Made by a program: the position numbers and the translations under genes
Part shown: one piece after another, positions 18,260-27,541 of the stretch
Layout: every line of letters starts with the position of its first letter
How positions within the stretch are numbered: the stretch's first letter is position 1
Notes under the pieces: generated by a model
The model's database searches: none
What the model was told of the DNA's origin: nothing
What the model saw: the letters and a program-made list of their open reading frames with translations, nothing else
Source: an uncultured virus (IMG/VR IMGVR_UViG_3300032069_000750)
Taxonomy: Duplodnaviria > Heunggongvirae > Uroviricota > Caudoviricetes
Virus record (IMG/VR): IMGVR_UViG_3300032069_000750
Direction: 5' to 3' (one strand)
Length of the DNA stretch: 64,000 bases

Positions 18260-18932
18260 ATGACAGATGCTTTTTCCAGTATGATCTATTGGTCATAGTC
18301 TTTCCATGGCAAGGTCGGCATAATGTGATTAAATTCTCTGATTCATTATTTTTTTTATTATAGTCTACATGGTGAACTTGTTTTCCTGGATTTTTGCAAA
18401 GTTGACAGGTGTAATTGTCTCTTTCTCTTATTTTTTGTCTTAATATCCTATTAAATTCAAGTCCATATGGCTCAAAAGATTTTCCACCTAACCAGCGATG
18501 ATGATTTTTTCCTTGCTGATATTCCCAATAGCAATCTTGCGAACAAAATTTTCTATCTGATTGACAAATATCTCGATAAAAAGGACCTCCACAGTTCTTG
18601 CAAATAAGTTTTCTTTTTCCTCCTTTCCATCTGGGATTCTTTTCTTTAATCATTGCATTTCTCCAAAGTATTGTTCTACATTCTTTTGAGCAAGTAGAGT
18701 ACATATTGCTCCAATATTTTTGAATCTTAAAGCTTTTTGAACATACTTTGCAGATTTTAGTCTCATATTCCCCTTTCCAAGCAGGGTTTTTAGCACCTAT
18801 AAAAAATCCTGTTCTTTTTTCATGTTCTACTCTGCAGTTCATACAACAAAAAAATCTCTTATTCCTTTTATATCGGAAGGGAGTCACGTTAAATATTTTT
18901 TTACAATTATCACAGTTTACAGGGTATGGCAC
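18147..18932 (-). CDS. HNH homing endonuclease with Zn-finger repeats
   Basis: IRERDNYTCQLC...VHHVDYNKKNN..ENLITLCRPCH; AT-rich; repeated CxxC...CSxxC...NPxWKGG. Confidence 0.88.
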   Translation of the reverse strand: MPYPVNCDNCKKIFNVTPFRYKRNKRFFCCMNCRVEHEKRTGFFIGAKNPAWKGEYETKICKVCSKSFKIQKYWSNMYSTCSKECRTILWRNAMIKEKNPRWKGGKRKLICKNCGGPFYRDICQSDRKFCSQDCYWEYQQGKNHHRWLGGKSFEPYGLEFNRILRQKIRERDNYTCQLCKNPGKQVHHVDYNKKNNESENLITLCRPCHGKTMTNRSYWKKHLSSILLEKQNFSNSGNSSQENIVVRRRSIQLQIPYQLSE

Positions 18933-18968
18933 AAATATTATATTTATCTGCCATATATTTATAATTTT

Positions 18969-19229
18969 CTATTTTTTAATTAATGTTCCATCCTCCGCTC
19001 TCTCGCATCTACGAATTTCATCCTCTATTGCTTTCTTCTCGGCGTACTCCACCCTCTTTGGGGTGTACTCTTTCGCCAGGACATTGAATATCGCCATGTA
19101 GCTCACATGGTCGAGCTCGCTGACCAGTCTGAGGAGCTTCCCAGCCTCGAGATCCTGCTCCGCGTCAAAAAAAGCGGAGGCGAGTCTTATCGTCTTGTCG
19201 ACATAATCGGGTTTCCTTTCCTCTGGCAT
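18969..19229 (-). CDS. Hypothetical protein
   Basis: Helical ORF with GGAGG RBS. Confidence 0.6.
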   Translation of the reverse strand: MPEERKPDYVDKTIRLASAFFDAEQDLEAGKLLRLVSELDHVSYMAIFNVLAKEYTPKRVEYAEKKAIEDEIRRCERAEDGTLIKK

Positions 19230-19273
19230 ATTTATTTCCCTCCATTCGATATATTTAGCGTATATTATATATA

Positions 19274-19720
19274 TTATTTTTCGACCAGACTTTCGATTGA
19301 TCTTTCAATCGAGGCCCTGCAGACTGCGACCGGGTTCACGTCGCACTTTGAATAATCAAATTTACCATCAGGCCCGACAGCGGACTCCGGGCAGCTCTTC
19401 TTCTCCACGTCCCTTATGCAACTGGAGAGCTTTCTGAGCAACTCCGGGTTTGCTTTCTCTTCCTCTGTAAGACCGTAGGGGAGGTACTCCCTCGGCGGAT
19501 CTGAGATGCAGTGTTTCTCAATGGCGCTTAGGACATTCGAGAGCTCGTTCTCCAACTCCATCATCTTGGACAGATCTTTGCTCGCCTCGGCGCAGTCCTT
19601 CTCCACCCCGTGCATCCTGCAGTTGTGGACGTCCATGGAGTGATAGTCGACCGCCTTCGTGTACTCTTTCAGAAGATCAAGCACCTTTCCTAGAAAATCC
19701 GCGCATTCAGACTCGGGCAT
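19274..19720 (-). CDS. Cys-rich helical protein
   Basis: 8 Cys; KLSSCIRDVE...VNPVAVCRASI; motif variant at 19737-19747. Confidence 0.65.
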   Translation of the reverse strand: MPESECADFLGKVLDLLKEYTKAVDYHSMDVHNCRMHGVEKDCAEASKDLSKMMELENELSNVLSAIEKHCISDPPREYLPYGLTEEEKANPELLRKLSSCIRDVEKKSCPESAVGPDGKFDYSKCDVNPVAVCRASIERSIESLVEK

Positions 19721-19758
19721 GAAAAAAAAGAGGGTTTGGTGGTTGATTAGATTTTCTA

Positions 19759-20106
19759 TTACCTTTGCAGCTTCATTTGAAAAGCGACCAGATCCGTGAG
19801 ATGGTCGACCAGGTTCTCGGACGCACTCGGGAGAACGTAGTGGATGTTCTCGTGGATGTAGTTCAACAGAACGCCGAGGTCGTCCATGAAAGGGTTGATC
19901 TTTATCGTATTGGGGGGGATGAACTCCCCGTGGCCTCCGCCAGCAATCCTCCCGTCCTCTATGTCCTTCAGGGTCATGCAGTCTATCTTCTGGGGCAATT
20001 CCACATCCTTGCCCGAGAGCATCTTGATGTACTTCTGGGACTCTTCCACCTTGTCAGCGATCCTCTCAATCCTCTCTTTGGCAAAACACAGGCCAAACTC
20101 AACCAT
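19759..20106 (-). CDS. Small zincin-like metallopeptidase
   Basis: GEF...TIKINP...LLNYIHENIHYV (HExxH) with a downstream E; motif at 20123-20133. Confidence 0.6.
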   Translation of the reverse strand: MVEFGLCFAKERIERIADKVEESQKYIKMLSGKDVELPQKIDCMTLKDIEDGRIAGGGHGEFIPPNTIKINPFMDDLGVLLNYIHENIHYVLPSASENLVDHLTDLVAFQMKLQR

Positions 20107-20141
20107 AAAAAAAGAAAAGATATGGTAGTTAATCAGATTTT

Positions 20142-20369
20142 CTATGGCGGCTTGTTCTCTCCCTCTTTCTGCTCATCGTATTTTCCATGGATGGTGCTGA
20201 CCGGTTTTATCTCGTAGCTTTTCTTAATAAGCTCGTTTTTTATTCTCTCCATCTCGAAGATCATGAATGATATCTCGCCGAGATTGAAGAGACCACCCAT
20301 TTTTATATCTTTGTGGCTTACAACTTGGTAGTCCGCCTGCGTGTCTACTGTTAAATGGATCTCAATCAT
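20142..20369 (-). CDS. Hypothetical protein, similar to 4484..4690
   Basis: Shared TVDT...GE...E(L/M)E..K pattern. Confidence 0.6.
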   Translation of the reverse strand: MIEIHLTVDTQADYQVVSHKDIKMGGLFNLGEISFMIFEMERIKNELIKKSYEIKPVSTIHGKYDEQKEGENKPP

Positions 20370-20377
20370 AATTCACC

Positions 20378-20878
20378 TCATGGGAGGTTCTTCCCTATCT
20401 TCTCCTGGATTATCGGAAACACCTGGGAGTAGATGTCCTTGCTCAGAAGCTCCAGGTTGCTGAGCCACCCGGACTCCGTGCGTCCCGGGCTCGTCACCGT
20501 CAGCTTCCCCTCGGCCCACGCGTCAAGCGGGGTGTACCTCTCGGTCCACCTGCGGCCCTGGTACTCCCTGATCACCTGTCCCTTGATCATGTTCAGCATC
20601 GTGTTCAGCTCGCACCAGACCGTCGCGCTCGCCTCCGCCTCGTCCATCATCACCGCGGTGCCGTCCGCTATCTTGAAGAATTTGTGGATCTCCATCACCG
20701 GCGGGCTCGTCGGGACCGGCGTGTGAGTGACGTATATCTCAAGGACCATCCCGCGGACCGCCTTGTACTTCTTCTGGAGGTACGGAACATCAACGTCCCT
20801 CTTTATGATCTTGTAGATCAGGTCCAGGAGCTTCGAGGCCAGGCTGTAGAAGACCTTGTCGGGCTTGTCCTTCGTCAT
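20378..20878 (-). CDS. SCP2 (sterol carrier/lipid-binding)-like domain protein
   Basis: FKIADG...EASATVWCELNTMLNMIKG...YTPLDAWAEGKLTV matches the SCP2 pattern d.t......l..l..G...p..A...GkL.v. Confidence 0.6.
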   Translation of the reverse strand: MTKDKPDKVFYSLASKLLDLIYKIIKRDVDVPYLQKKYKAVRGMVLEIYVTHTPVPTSPPVMEIHKFFKIADGTAVMMDEAEASATVWCELNTMLNMIKGQVIREYQGRRWTERYTPLDAWAEGKLTVTSPGRTESGWLSNLELLSKDIYSQVFPIIQEKIGKNLP

Positions 20879-21642
20879 TCCAGCCTCTCCACAATGTCGA
20901 GTATTATCTTGGTGTCAGGGAGCAGGGGGTTCCCGTTGTTGTTCCGCAGCTTTATCGCTGGGTTGAACCGTATGCCTCCCAAGTACGGAACCTTGAAACC
21001 GTCCGCGATGCTCTTCACGTCCTGCTCGTTGCCGAACGATATCGCGGTCCCGCAGTTCTTACAGACGATGACCTCGTTGCAGAACGGGCACTCCGAGGAG
21101 ACCATGTTCGCGATCACCCCGATGATCGGGATCTTGTGGATGATGCACGCGTGTATAATCCGCCGGCAGTCCGAGAGGCTCGAGACGTCCGAGGTGCTGA
21201 CCACGATCGCGCTCAGATCCCTGAAGATCTCGCGCATGCACAGAAGCGAGTCCCCGCTGCTCGGGTCCATGTCGACAATCAGGTAGTCGAGTTTTCCCCA
21301 TTTAACATCGTTCACCGCCTGACGGAGGAAGTTGCGCTGTTGTTCCCCAGGGATCGTGATGCCATGATAGTCCGAGAACATCGTTGCAGTCGAGAAGACT
21401 TTCAAGTTCTCATATAAAATCGGTATGATCTTTCTATACGGATCGTTCTCATGGTCAAAGTGGTTCCCGTGCAGACCCAGCACGGCGTTCACGTTCGGGC
21501 TCTTTATGTCCGCGTCCAGCAGCCCGACACTGTGCTTCTTCGACAGCTCCACGGCGACATTGCAGGCGATCAGCGTCTTGCCGACGCCCCCCTTCCCCGA
21601 GAGCGACATGATGGCTTTCTTGGGCCTCGATTTTCCGAACAT
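20875..21642 (-). CDS. mrp: Mrp/NBP35 family P-loop ATPase (Fe-S cluster carrier)
   Basis: SGKGGVGKT, VGLLDADI..PNV, DVKWGKLDYLIVD, IIGVIANM...CPFC. Confidence 0.88.
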   Translation of the reverse strand: MFGKSRPKKAIMSLSGKGGVGKTLIACNVAVELSKKHSVGLLDADIKSPNVNAVLGLHGNHFDHENDPYRKIIPILYENLKVFSTATMFSDYHGITIPGEQQRNFLRQAVNDVKWGKLDYLIVDMDPSSGDSLLCMREIFRDLSAIVVSTSDVSSLSDCRRIIHACIIHKIPIIGVIANMVSSECPFCNEVIVCKNCGTAISFGNEQDVKSIADGFKVPYLGGIRFNPAIKLRNNNGNPLLPDTKIILDIVERLE

Positions 21643-21669
21643 CAGAAAAAAACCTCCGAAGTTTCCTGT

Positions 21670-21846
21670 CTATTTTAAGCTAATTTTGTCCAATAGAGCG
21701 ATGATCTTGTCGAGCCTCTGGTTCGTGATTCTCTGCTCAATAATCAGCGAGTCCATCCGGGGGCAGAGCTCGTTCGTGATCAGCCGCATCCTCTTCTCCA
21801 CCTCGTTCATGAGCTTGTCGCCCAGGATCCCGTCGGTCAGCCCCAT
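21670..21846 (-). CDS. Small coiled-coil protein (58 aa, not in ORF track)
   Basis: Own translation MGLTDGILGDKLMNEVEKRMR...; TAATG coupling to the upstream gene. Confidence 0.6.
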   Translation of the reverse strand: MGLTDGILGDKLMNEVEKRMRLITNELCPRMDSLIIEQRITNQRLDKIIALLDKISLK

Positions 21847-23309
21847 TACGTTCCCCCCTTATCGCCAACGGTGATGGACTTAGAGGCTGTATCCTTTGTC
21901 TCGAACGCCTTGTCGACCTCCTCGAGTTTCTTGAGGGTGTCCTGGGCCTGCTCCGAGGTCCTCGCGACCTCCTGGCCCGTGACCCCGCGGCTCTGCCGCA
22001 TCTGCAAGATCATCTCCTTCACGTAATCCTGCGCGGCGGGCCCTATCGTGTTCAGCAGGGAGTCCACCTTGTTCTGTATGCTCAGGGACTTGTCCAAAGC
22101 CACCTTCAACGCCGTGTCAAGCTTCTTGCTGTCCATGTCGTACATCCGCTCCTGGGCGGACGCCTTCGCCCCGCTCACGAGGCCGAGCTTCTCCAGCTTC
22201 TCCTTCTGCGTGTATATCCTGTCGAGCGGGTCCTGGGCGGCGTACGCCTTCAGCTCGTCGTTCTCTTTCTTGAGTATTTCCATCTGAAACTGGTGGAGCT
22301 GCTCCCGCTGAGCCTTCATCTCCTCCATCATGAGCTTCATGTCCTCGGACATGCCCTCCTTTTTCTGGGTCTGCTGCATCACGAGCATGGGGATCGTCTC
22401 CGGCCTGACTTCGATGACCTTATCTCCGACTGGCCATTGCACTGTGTCGCCACTTTTTTTCTTTGCCGATTCTTCATCCCTGCGCCTCCGCTCCTCTTTC
22501 TGTTCCTCTTCCTTAGCTTTCTGCTCAGTCTTACGCTGCTCTCGCTCGTCCTGCTTCTCTTTTTCTTCCGAGAGGTGTTTCTTCCACGCGAGCATCTCCG
22601 TAGGTGTCAATTTCAATGAGACCCCTTCAACGATAAGAGTCTGTTTTTCTTCTACCTCTTTCTTGGGCTCTTGTTTCGGCTCCTCGAGATCCCTCTCGAG
22701 CATCCGCCTCTCTTTCCTCATCCTGAGAAGCCGGAGCTGCCGCAACTCGTCCTCCTCCATCCTCTTCATTTCCTTGTCGATGGCGTCGCCGGTCTCGATC
22801 TCGTCCTTCTTGTCTTTTTCGTCCTTCTTCTGGTCCTCGTCCTTGCCTTCGTTCTCGATCAATTTCTCTATGTCCCCCAGCTTGAGGTGAGCCGCCCAGT
22901 TCTTCAAAATGAGGACTCGGTCTGACGGCCTGACATCGCCAATACGCAACGCCTCCGCGAGCACCTCGAAGCTCTTCTTCGGGTCGTTCATGTACCATTC
23001 CACCATGCGGATGATGCCGGGTATCTTCTTGCTAGACGAGACCTCCCGAATAATCCGCTCCAGGACCTCAGACTCACTGAGCATTGACTCGCTCGTGACA
23101 TACTCTTGTCGTCTCTCTTCTGTCGTCGGTTGACTTACGTTTTCTCGTTCCTCCTTCTGTTCCTTTTTTTTCTGAAGCTCAGGATTATTCGGGCACTCGT
23201 ACTTGTAGTGGCGCATCAAGGCCGCCTGGCCTGAGGGATCACTGGAATACTCAGCACCACAGCCATACTTACATTTCATAATTTTAGGATCGGTTTTTTT
23301 CTCGCTCAT
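21846..23309 (-). CDS. Zn-finger plus long coiled-coil protein
   Basis: Start MSEKK at 23309; CKYGCG...HYKYEC; long E/K/Q-rich heptads. Confidence 0.8.
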   Translation of the reverse strand: MSEKKTDPKIMKCKYGCGAEYSSDPSGQAALMRHYKYECPNNPELQKKKEQKEERENVSQPTTEERRQEYVTSESMLSESEVLERIIREVSSSKKIPGIIRMVEWYMNDPKKSFEVLAEALRIGDVRPSDRVLILKNWAAHLKLGDIEKLIENEGKDEDQKKDEKDKKDEIETGDAIDKEMKRMEEDELRQLRLLRMRKERRMLERDLEEPKQEPKKEVEEKQTLIVEGVSLKLTPTEMLAWKKHLSEEKEKQDEREQRKTEQKAKEEEQKEERRRRDEESAKKKSGDTVQWPVGDKVIEVRPETIPMLVMQQTQKKEGMSEDMKLMMEEMKAQREQLHQFQMEILKKENDELKAYAAQDPLDRIYTQKEKLEKLGLVSGAKASAQERMYDMDSKKLDTALKVALDKSLSIQNKVDSLLNTIGPAAQDYVKEMILQMRQSRGVTGQEVARTSEQAQDTLKKLEEVDKAFETKDTASKSITVGDKGGT

Positions 23310-23490
23310 AGAACCACAAAGGATAACATGAAAGAGGATTATTAAAGTTTTCAATAAAAAAGCAACACAACAGCCAAGACAAGACAACAACACCAAGACG
23401 CACAGGAGGGATTGTTGGGTGTTTTCTTGTTACTATTCTTGTTGCACTTTATAACAAAAGATTTTAACCACCAAATCATACCACCAGAAT

Positions 23491-24747
23491 ATGAGAACAT
23501 CAAGCGTGCTGAATAGAGTCCTTGACGGGGCCCTCGGTGCGCCCACAATCATAGAGACGAAAACGAATCTTCTCTCGGAACTCTTCCCGATCCTCCGACA
23601 ATTCAATCTGTCGTTCCGCACGATGCCGCTGTTCAACATGGCGAGCGCGTTTCTCACAAGAAAATCACTCACCCGCCTTGTTGATCTCGACTTCATTGAT
23701 AACATTTACATCGACTGGCCCGTGAGGATCCCCGAGATCCCCGTGGGCTACAGCAACCTCAATTTCCTACTACAGCCGGGAGTCCTTGGATTGGGGCTCC
23801 TGCAGTCGCAAATGAACCTGAACCTCGACGAGCGGCCCAACTGGGTGACGACCATAGAGTCCGGAAGGTTCCTCGGAGTCGGCCAGGCGATAGACGACGG
23901 GATCTCCGGAAGGGGAGTCAACGTGGCCGTTATCGACTCGGAGGGTTCCACGCGGGCGGCGAACCACCGGCAGTTCTACGGAAAAAACGTGGCGCGCTAC
24001 CAAGTGAGAGCGCTGGTTCAGAGCGACACATGCGGGCACGGAGGCCATGTCGCGACAACGATCGGCGGCGGACTATACGAGGCGATACCGAACGTCTACG
24101 TGCAGGGCCTCGCGCCGAACGCCCACATGATGCTCGTGAAATGCCTCCTCACCCCGCTGGGCAGCGGCAGCACATCGGACTGCATCGAGGGAATGAACAT
24201 CGCCATAGACCACGGCGCCGACGTGGTGAACCTCAGCTTGGGATCCACCGCGTCAGACCCGGAGTCGGACGCATTCGTGCAGGCGATCAACAAGCTGCCC
24301 CCGAACAAGATCGTCTGCGCGGCGAGCGGAAACGACGGAGCAACAAAGATAGGGAGCCCCGCGATAGCGGGAAACGCGCTCGCCATCGGGGCGCTGGACG
24401 CCCGGAAGAACATAAAAGCCAGTTTCAGCAACTCCGGGCCCGAGCTCGCGTTCATAATGCCCGGGGTGAACATCTTCAGCGGAGTGACCCGTAGCACCCT
24501 CTGCGACGTAGAGGGGCGGGGCCCCCCGAGCTTCGCGATGCTCTCCGGGACGTCTATGGCCACGCCGCACGCCTCGGGGATGGTCGCGCTCGCGATCGAG
24601 CTCATGAGACAACACGGGTTCGAGCCGACCGTCGAGACCTTCAGGGAGATCGGCAGACGGTACGGAACCCCCCGCTCAAACGAGTACGGGTACGGGCCTC
24701 TCACCTACCAGATGATCAGACAGTACGTGCAGGAAAACCTGACCTAA
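23491..24747 (+). CDS. Subtilisin-like S8 serine protease
   Basis: VAVID, HGGHVA, NLSLG, AASGND, SGTSMATPH catalytic motifs; motif at 23463-23473 upstream. Confidence 0.93.
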   Translation: MRTSSVLNRVLDGALGAPTIIETKTNLLSELFPILRQFNLSFRTMPLFNMASAFLTRKSLTRLVDLDFIDNIYIDWPVRIPEIPVGYSNLNFLLQPGVLGLGLLQSQMNLNLDERPNWVTTIESGRFLGVGQAIDDGISGRGVNVAVIDSEGSTRAANHRQFYGKNVARYQVRALVQSDTCGHGGHVATTIGGGLYEAIPNVYVQGLAPNAHMMLVKCLLTPLGSGSTSDCIEGMNIAIDHGADVVNLSLGSTASDPESDAFVQAINKLPPNKIVCAASGNDGATKIGSPAIAGNALAIGALDARKNIKASFSNSGPELAFIMPGVNIFSGVTRSTLCDVEGRGPPSFAMLSGTSMATPHASGMVALAIELMRQHGFEPTVETFREIGRRYGTPRSNEYGYGPLTYQMIRQYVQENLT

Positions 24748-24772
24748 AAATAATTTAGGTATTGGTGAAAAA

Positions 24773-24955
24773 ATGCTAGGACCAGGGCCGCTATTGGAGC
24801 TTGCCGTTGCGAATCAACTGTTAGACTCGAAAAGGCTCCTCGGCCTCTGGGTTCAGACGAGAAACCAGCTTGTAGCGAGAGGACTGACCACGGCACTGAT
24901 GCCGATGGTGACAAAAAGACTGAACTCAATAGGAATCATCGGGAGACTGCTTTAA
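24773..24955 (+). CDS. Small hypothetical protein
   Basis: GGTGA RBS upstream. Confidence 0.5.
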   Translation: MLGPGPLLELAVANQLLDSKRLLGLWVQTRNQLVARGLTTALMPMVTKRLNSIGIIGRLL

Positions 24956-25184
24956 CTTTTTCATATGAAACACAAATCCTAGCGTTCTCTTTTACACAAA
25001 AATACAATTTGCCAAATCTACAATAACCAACCAACCAATTAAACAACCTTCTGTTAAAAGTTGTTATTTTAAATTTATTTATATCATCTCTTCCTAAGAT
25101 ACATTGTAGATTTTTTTCATCCCAATGTTTACAATGATGTGTTACAAAGCAAATATTATTGATTGCCGATTCATATACGTACAT
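24936..25184 (-). CDS. AT-rich Cys-containing hypothetical protein
   Basis: ORF with GGTGA RBS. Confidence 0.45.
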   Translation of the reverse strand: MYVYESAINNICFVTHHCKHWDEKNLQCILGRDDINKFKITTFNRRLFNWLVGYCRFGKLYFCVKENARICVSYEKVKAVSR

Positions 25185-25224
25185 ATTCTATCACCAAACT
25201 AAGCCTACACTCTGAAAGTGTAGG

Positions 25225-25420
25225 GTAGGGTGTATACTCTCTACGGGAGTAAAGTGTATACTTTGTAGGGTTCCGCGGAATACTCATGGGGTGTACCGTG
25301 ATATTACTTATATCAACCGTGCTATATATATATTTCTTTATATACTAGATAGGTTTATCTCCGGAAAGCCTGAAAGTATACACCTAAAACGAGAAAGTAT
25401 ACACCGAAGTATACACCTTT
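25225..25420. other. Putative replication origin (inverted AGTATACAC iterons around an AT-rich core)
   Basis: GTATAC at 25232, 25256, 25376, 25397, 25409; TA-rich core ~25300-25350; directly 3' of the replication NTPase. Confidence 0.55.
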
Positions 25421-25442
25421 TCAGACATGCACCCTGCACTTT

Positions 25443-27089
25443 TTAAACTCTATACCGTTTCCAAAGGTACTTCAGTTTTTTCTGATTTTTTTCGTCATTG
25501 AAAATAAGCGCCTTTCCCTTGTTCAGCCTCTTTGTTCTCAGCCCGTTATTTTTAAAAAAGTATCCTATCCTCTGGCGGGCGTTCCTCGCATCCTTGGGGT
25601 CCTTTTCATAAACCAGATCCCATCCCATATGATTGAAAATTTCTGAGATGAGTATCGCTTCGGGAGCATCCAAGAGAGTTCCGACTTCCAATAATTCTTT
25701 TACCGCCAAGAGAATTTCGTGCTCCTCGCTCTCCTCCAATGCCTCTTCCTCTTCCTTGTCTTTTTGCTGAGCGAACTCTATGATGTCATCTACTTTGGTG
25801 CCTATGTGCATTCCTGTCGCTAGTATTGCCTCAAAAATCTCCCGAGTCCTCCCCCTCAAACAAAAATCCTCACCAAGATCAGGAGGATCATTAAACCTGT
25901 ATCGGTAATTCAGTAATTTATTCTGGATATCATCTAATTGTTTTTGGACGTATCGTAGTTCCGTGTGCTCTGGCAGATCCTTCTCCATATCTACAACAAT
26001 GCATCGTGTGAGAAGCGCGACATTGAACGCTTTCTCAGCCGCAAAAGCCTTGAAGCCAAAATTTCTGTAAGAAAAAACCTCCTCTTGGTCGTCCTTGTTT
26101 GCTGTTGTGTATACGCTCCCTTTCCGGTACGATGCACGAACAAATCTCAAGAACTCTTTCCCTTCGTCGGTATTCGGGTTCAGATTGGTGTCTGCCTCGT
26201 CAATAAGAACGACCGCATTGTTGTAATGGGAGAGTCTGCACATTGCAACAAAGGTCGTATTGCTTGTCTGTATTGCTCGGTACCCGAGCTCATGAATCAA
26301 TTCAAGAGCCCTGGTTTTTCCGCTGTTGGGCATTCCCCTGAAAATCCAATACCCAACAGAGTTCCAAGACTCTCTCTTGTATTGGCTGATAATCCACAGA
26401 GCAAAAATTTTATAGTAAATTTCGTCTGGAAAAATAATGACTTGTTTCAACAAGCCTAGTAAATCACAATAAACCTCAATCATTGAAAGATCCTCGATAT
26501 ATTCCCAATATGGCAACTTCCATCGGTCAGGATTTATTACTTTTGTTATACATTCAAAGGTTGAGTGCCTTCCACAGCCTCCCTGCTCTTTATAGCACTC
26601 TGATGGTATCTCGGGATTTGATTCAATAATCGCATAGCATCGCCTGCATCTCCACAATCCTTGCTTCTTAATCTCATAAGTCGTTTCAATTTCAGGATCA
26701 AGAGGATCCTTGAGCTGTTTTTCTATTGACCGCCCTGGGACCACTGGAAAGATTTTTCGTTTCCTGACCATGAGCCACATGGGCTTACTGTCGTAGATCA
26801 CTGGCTCCATCTGCACGTCGTCGATGGTCGCCTGTTTTGCAACTTCTTTCTGGGGGTTCTTTTCCTTGGTTTTTTTCTTTTCCTGTCTTACTTCTTCAAC
26901 ACCCTTGCGAACATTTTCAAGAGCCTCTTTTTCTTCCTGCCGCTGCTGTTTTTCGTAATTTTCCTCAAAACTGCCCTCTTTTACAGCCAAGAATCCAACC
27001 CCTTTGGCGCATAATCTATTTTTTCTTTGAGCATCGTCACAGAAAGACATGCCTGCTTGATCATCAAAAGAACCAATTTGTCGGCCCAC
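25443..27089 (-). CDS. Replication-associated P-loop NTPase/helicase (start uncertain)
   Basis: Zn finger CRRC...C, Walker A GMPNSGKT, Walker B VLIDEAD, LLTRC arginine finger, C-terminal wHTH-like region. Confidence 0.7.
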   Translation of the reverse strand: MGRQIGSFDDQAGMSFCDDAQRKNRLCAKGVGFLAVKEGSFEENYEKQQRQEEKEALENVRKGVEEVRQEKKKTKEKNPQKEVAKQATIDDVQMEPVIYDSKPMWLMVRKRKIFPVVPGRSIEKQLKDPLDPEIETTYEIKKQGLWRCRRCYAIIESNPEIPSECYKEQGGCGRHSTFECITKVINPDRWKLPYWEYIEDLSMIEVYCDLLGLLKQVIIFPDEIYYKIFALWIISQYKRESWNSVGYWIFRGMPNSGKTRALELIHELGYRAIQTSNTTFVAMCRLSHYNNAVVLIDEADTNLNPNTDEGKEFLRFVRASYRKGSVYTTANKDDQEEVFSYRNFGFKAFAAEKAFNVALLTRCIVVDMEKDLPEHTELRYVQKQLDDIQNKLLNYRYRFNDPPDLGEDFCLRGRTREIFEAILATGMHIGTKVDDIIEFAQQKDKEEEEALEESEEHEILLAVKELLEVGTLLDAPEAILISEIFNHMGWDLVYEKDPKDARNARQRIGYFFKNNGLRTKRLNKGKALIFNDEKNQKKLKYLWKRYRV

Positions 27090-27235
27090 GCGAGATTCAT
27101 TTTTACTGCTCTGGTCAGCTCCTCTTCGGATCGTCGCTTATAACCCTTTGTTTGTATTGGGTGCCTCGGGTATACTTCTGGGTCTTCCTTCAGCATGAAA
27201 AATAGTTTCTCATAATCAGCTGGTTCCGGTCTCAT
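26981..27235 (-). CDS. Hypothetical protein
   Basis: Coupled ORF overlapping the helicase ORF 5' end. Confidence 0.5.
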   Translation of the reverse strand: MRPEPADYEKLFFMLKEDPEVYPRHPIQTKGYKRRSEEELTRAVKMNLAWADKLVLLMIKQACLSVTMLKEKIDYAPKGLDSWL

Positions 27236-27419
27236 TGTTGACCCTCTGGTTTTTGTTCGGCTCGGTTTTGATCACGTAGCGCTTGCCTATGCGGTAGTTC
27301 CCGTCGTTCCGCTTCAGGTAGAAAAAAAAGTCGTCCTCCCTTGTGATGGTGCCCTGGAGTTTCCTGACCTCGTCTCCCTCGAGAAAAATGATTTTTTGCT
27401 CCTCAGAAACATCGGTCAT
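27216..27419 (-). CDS. Small Sm/SH3-like beta-barrel protein
   Basis: LQGTITREDDFFFYLK...YRIGKRYVIK. Confidence 0.5.
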   Translation of the reverse strand: MTDVSEEQKIIFLEGDEVRKLQGTITREDDFFFYLKRNDGNYRIGKRYVIKTEPNKNQRVNNETGTS

Positions 27420-27541
27420 GGGCCACCTGCATCCCCGCCCTCGGCTTGTGCCCGAGTCGGGAACTTATCGTATCGTTTTTGCTCATTTAAATGTTTTTAA
27501 ATATTCAAAAAAAATATTAATACTGCCGTGCTTATGGGGAT

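Noticed and set aside
26981..27235. Frameshifted primase domain fused to the helicase
   Set aside because: The overlap is real, but no primase motifs or clear slippery site can be recognised; left as two ORFs with an uncertain helicase start
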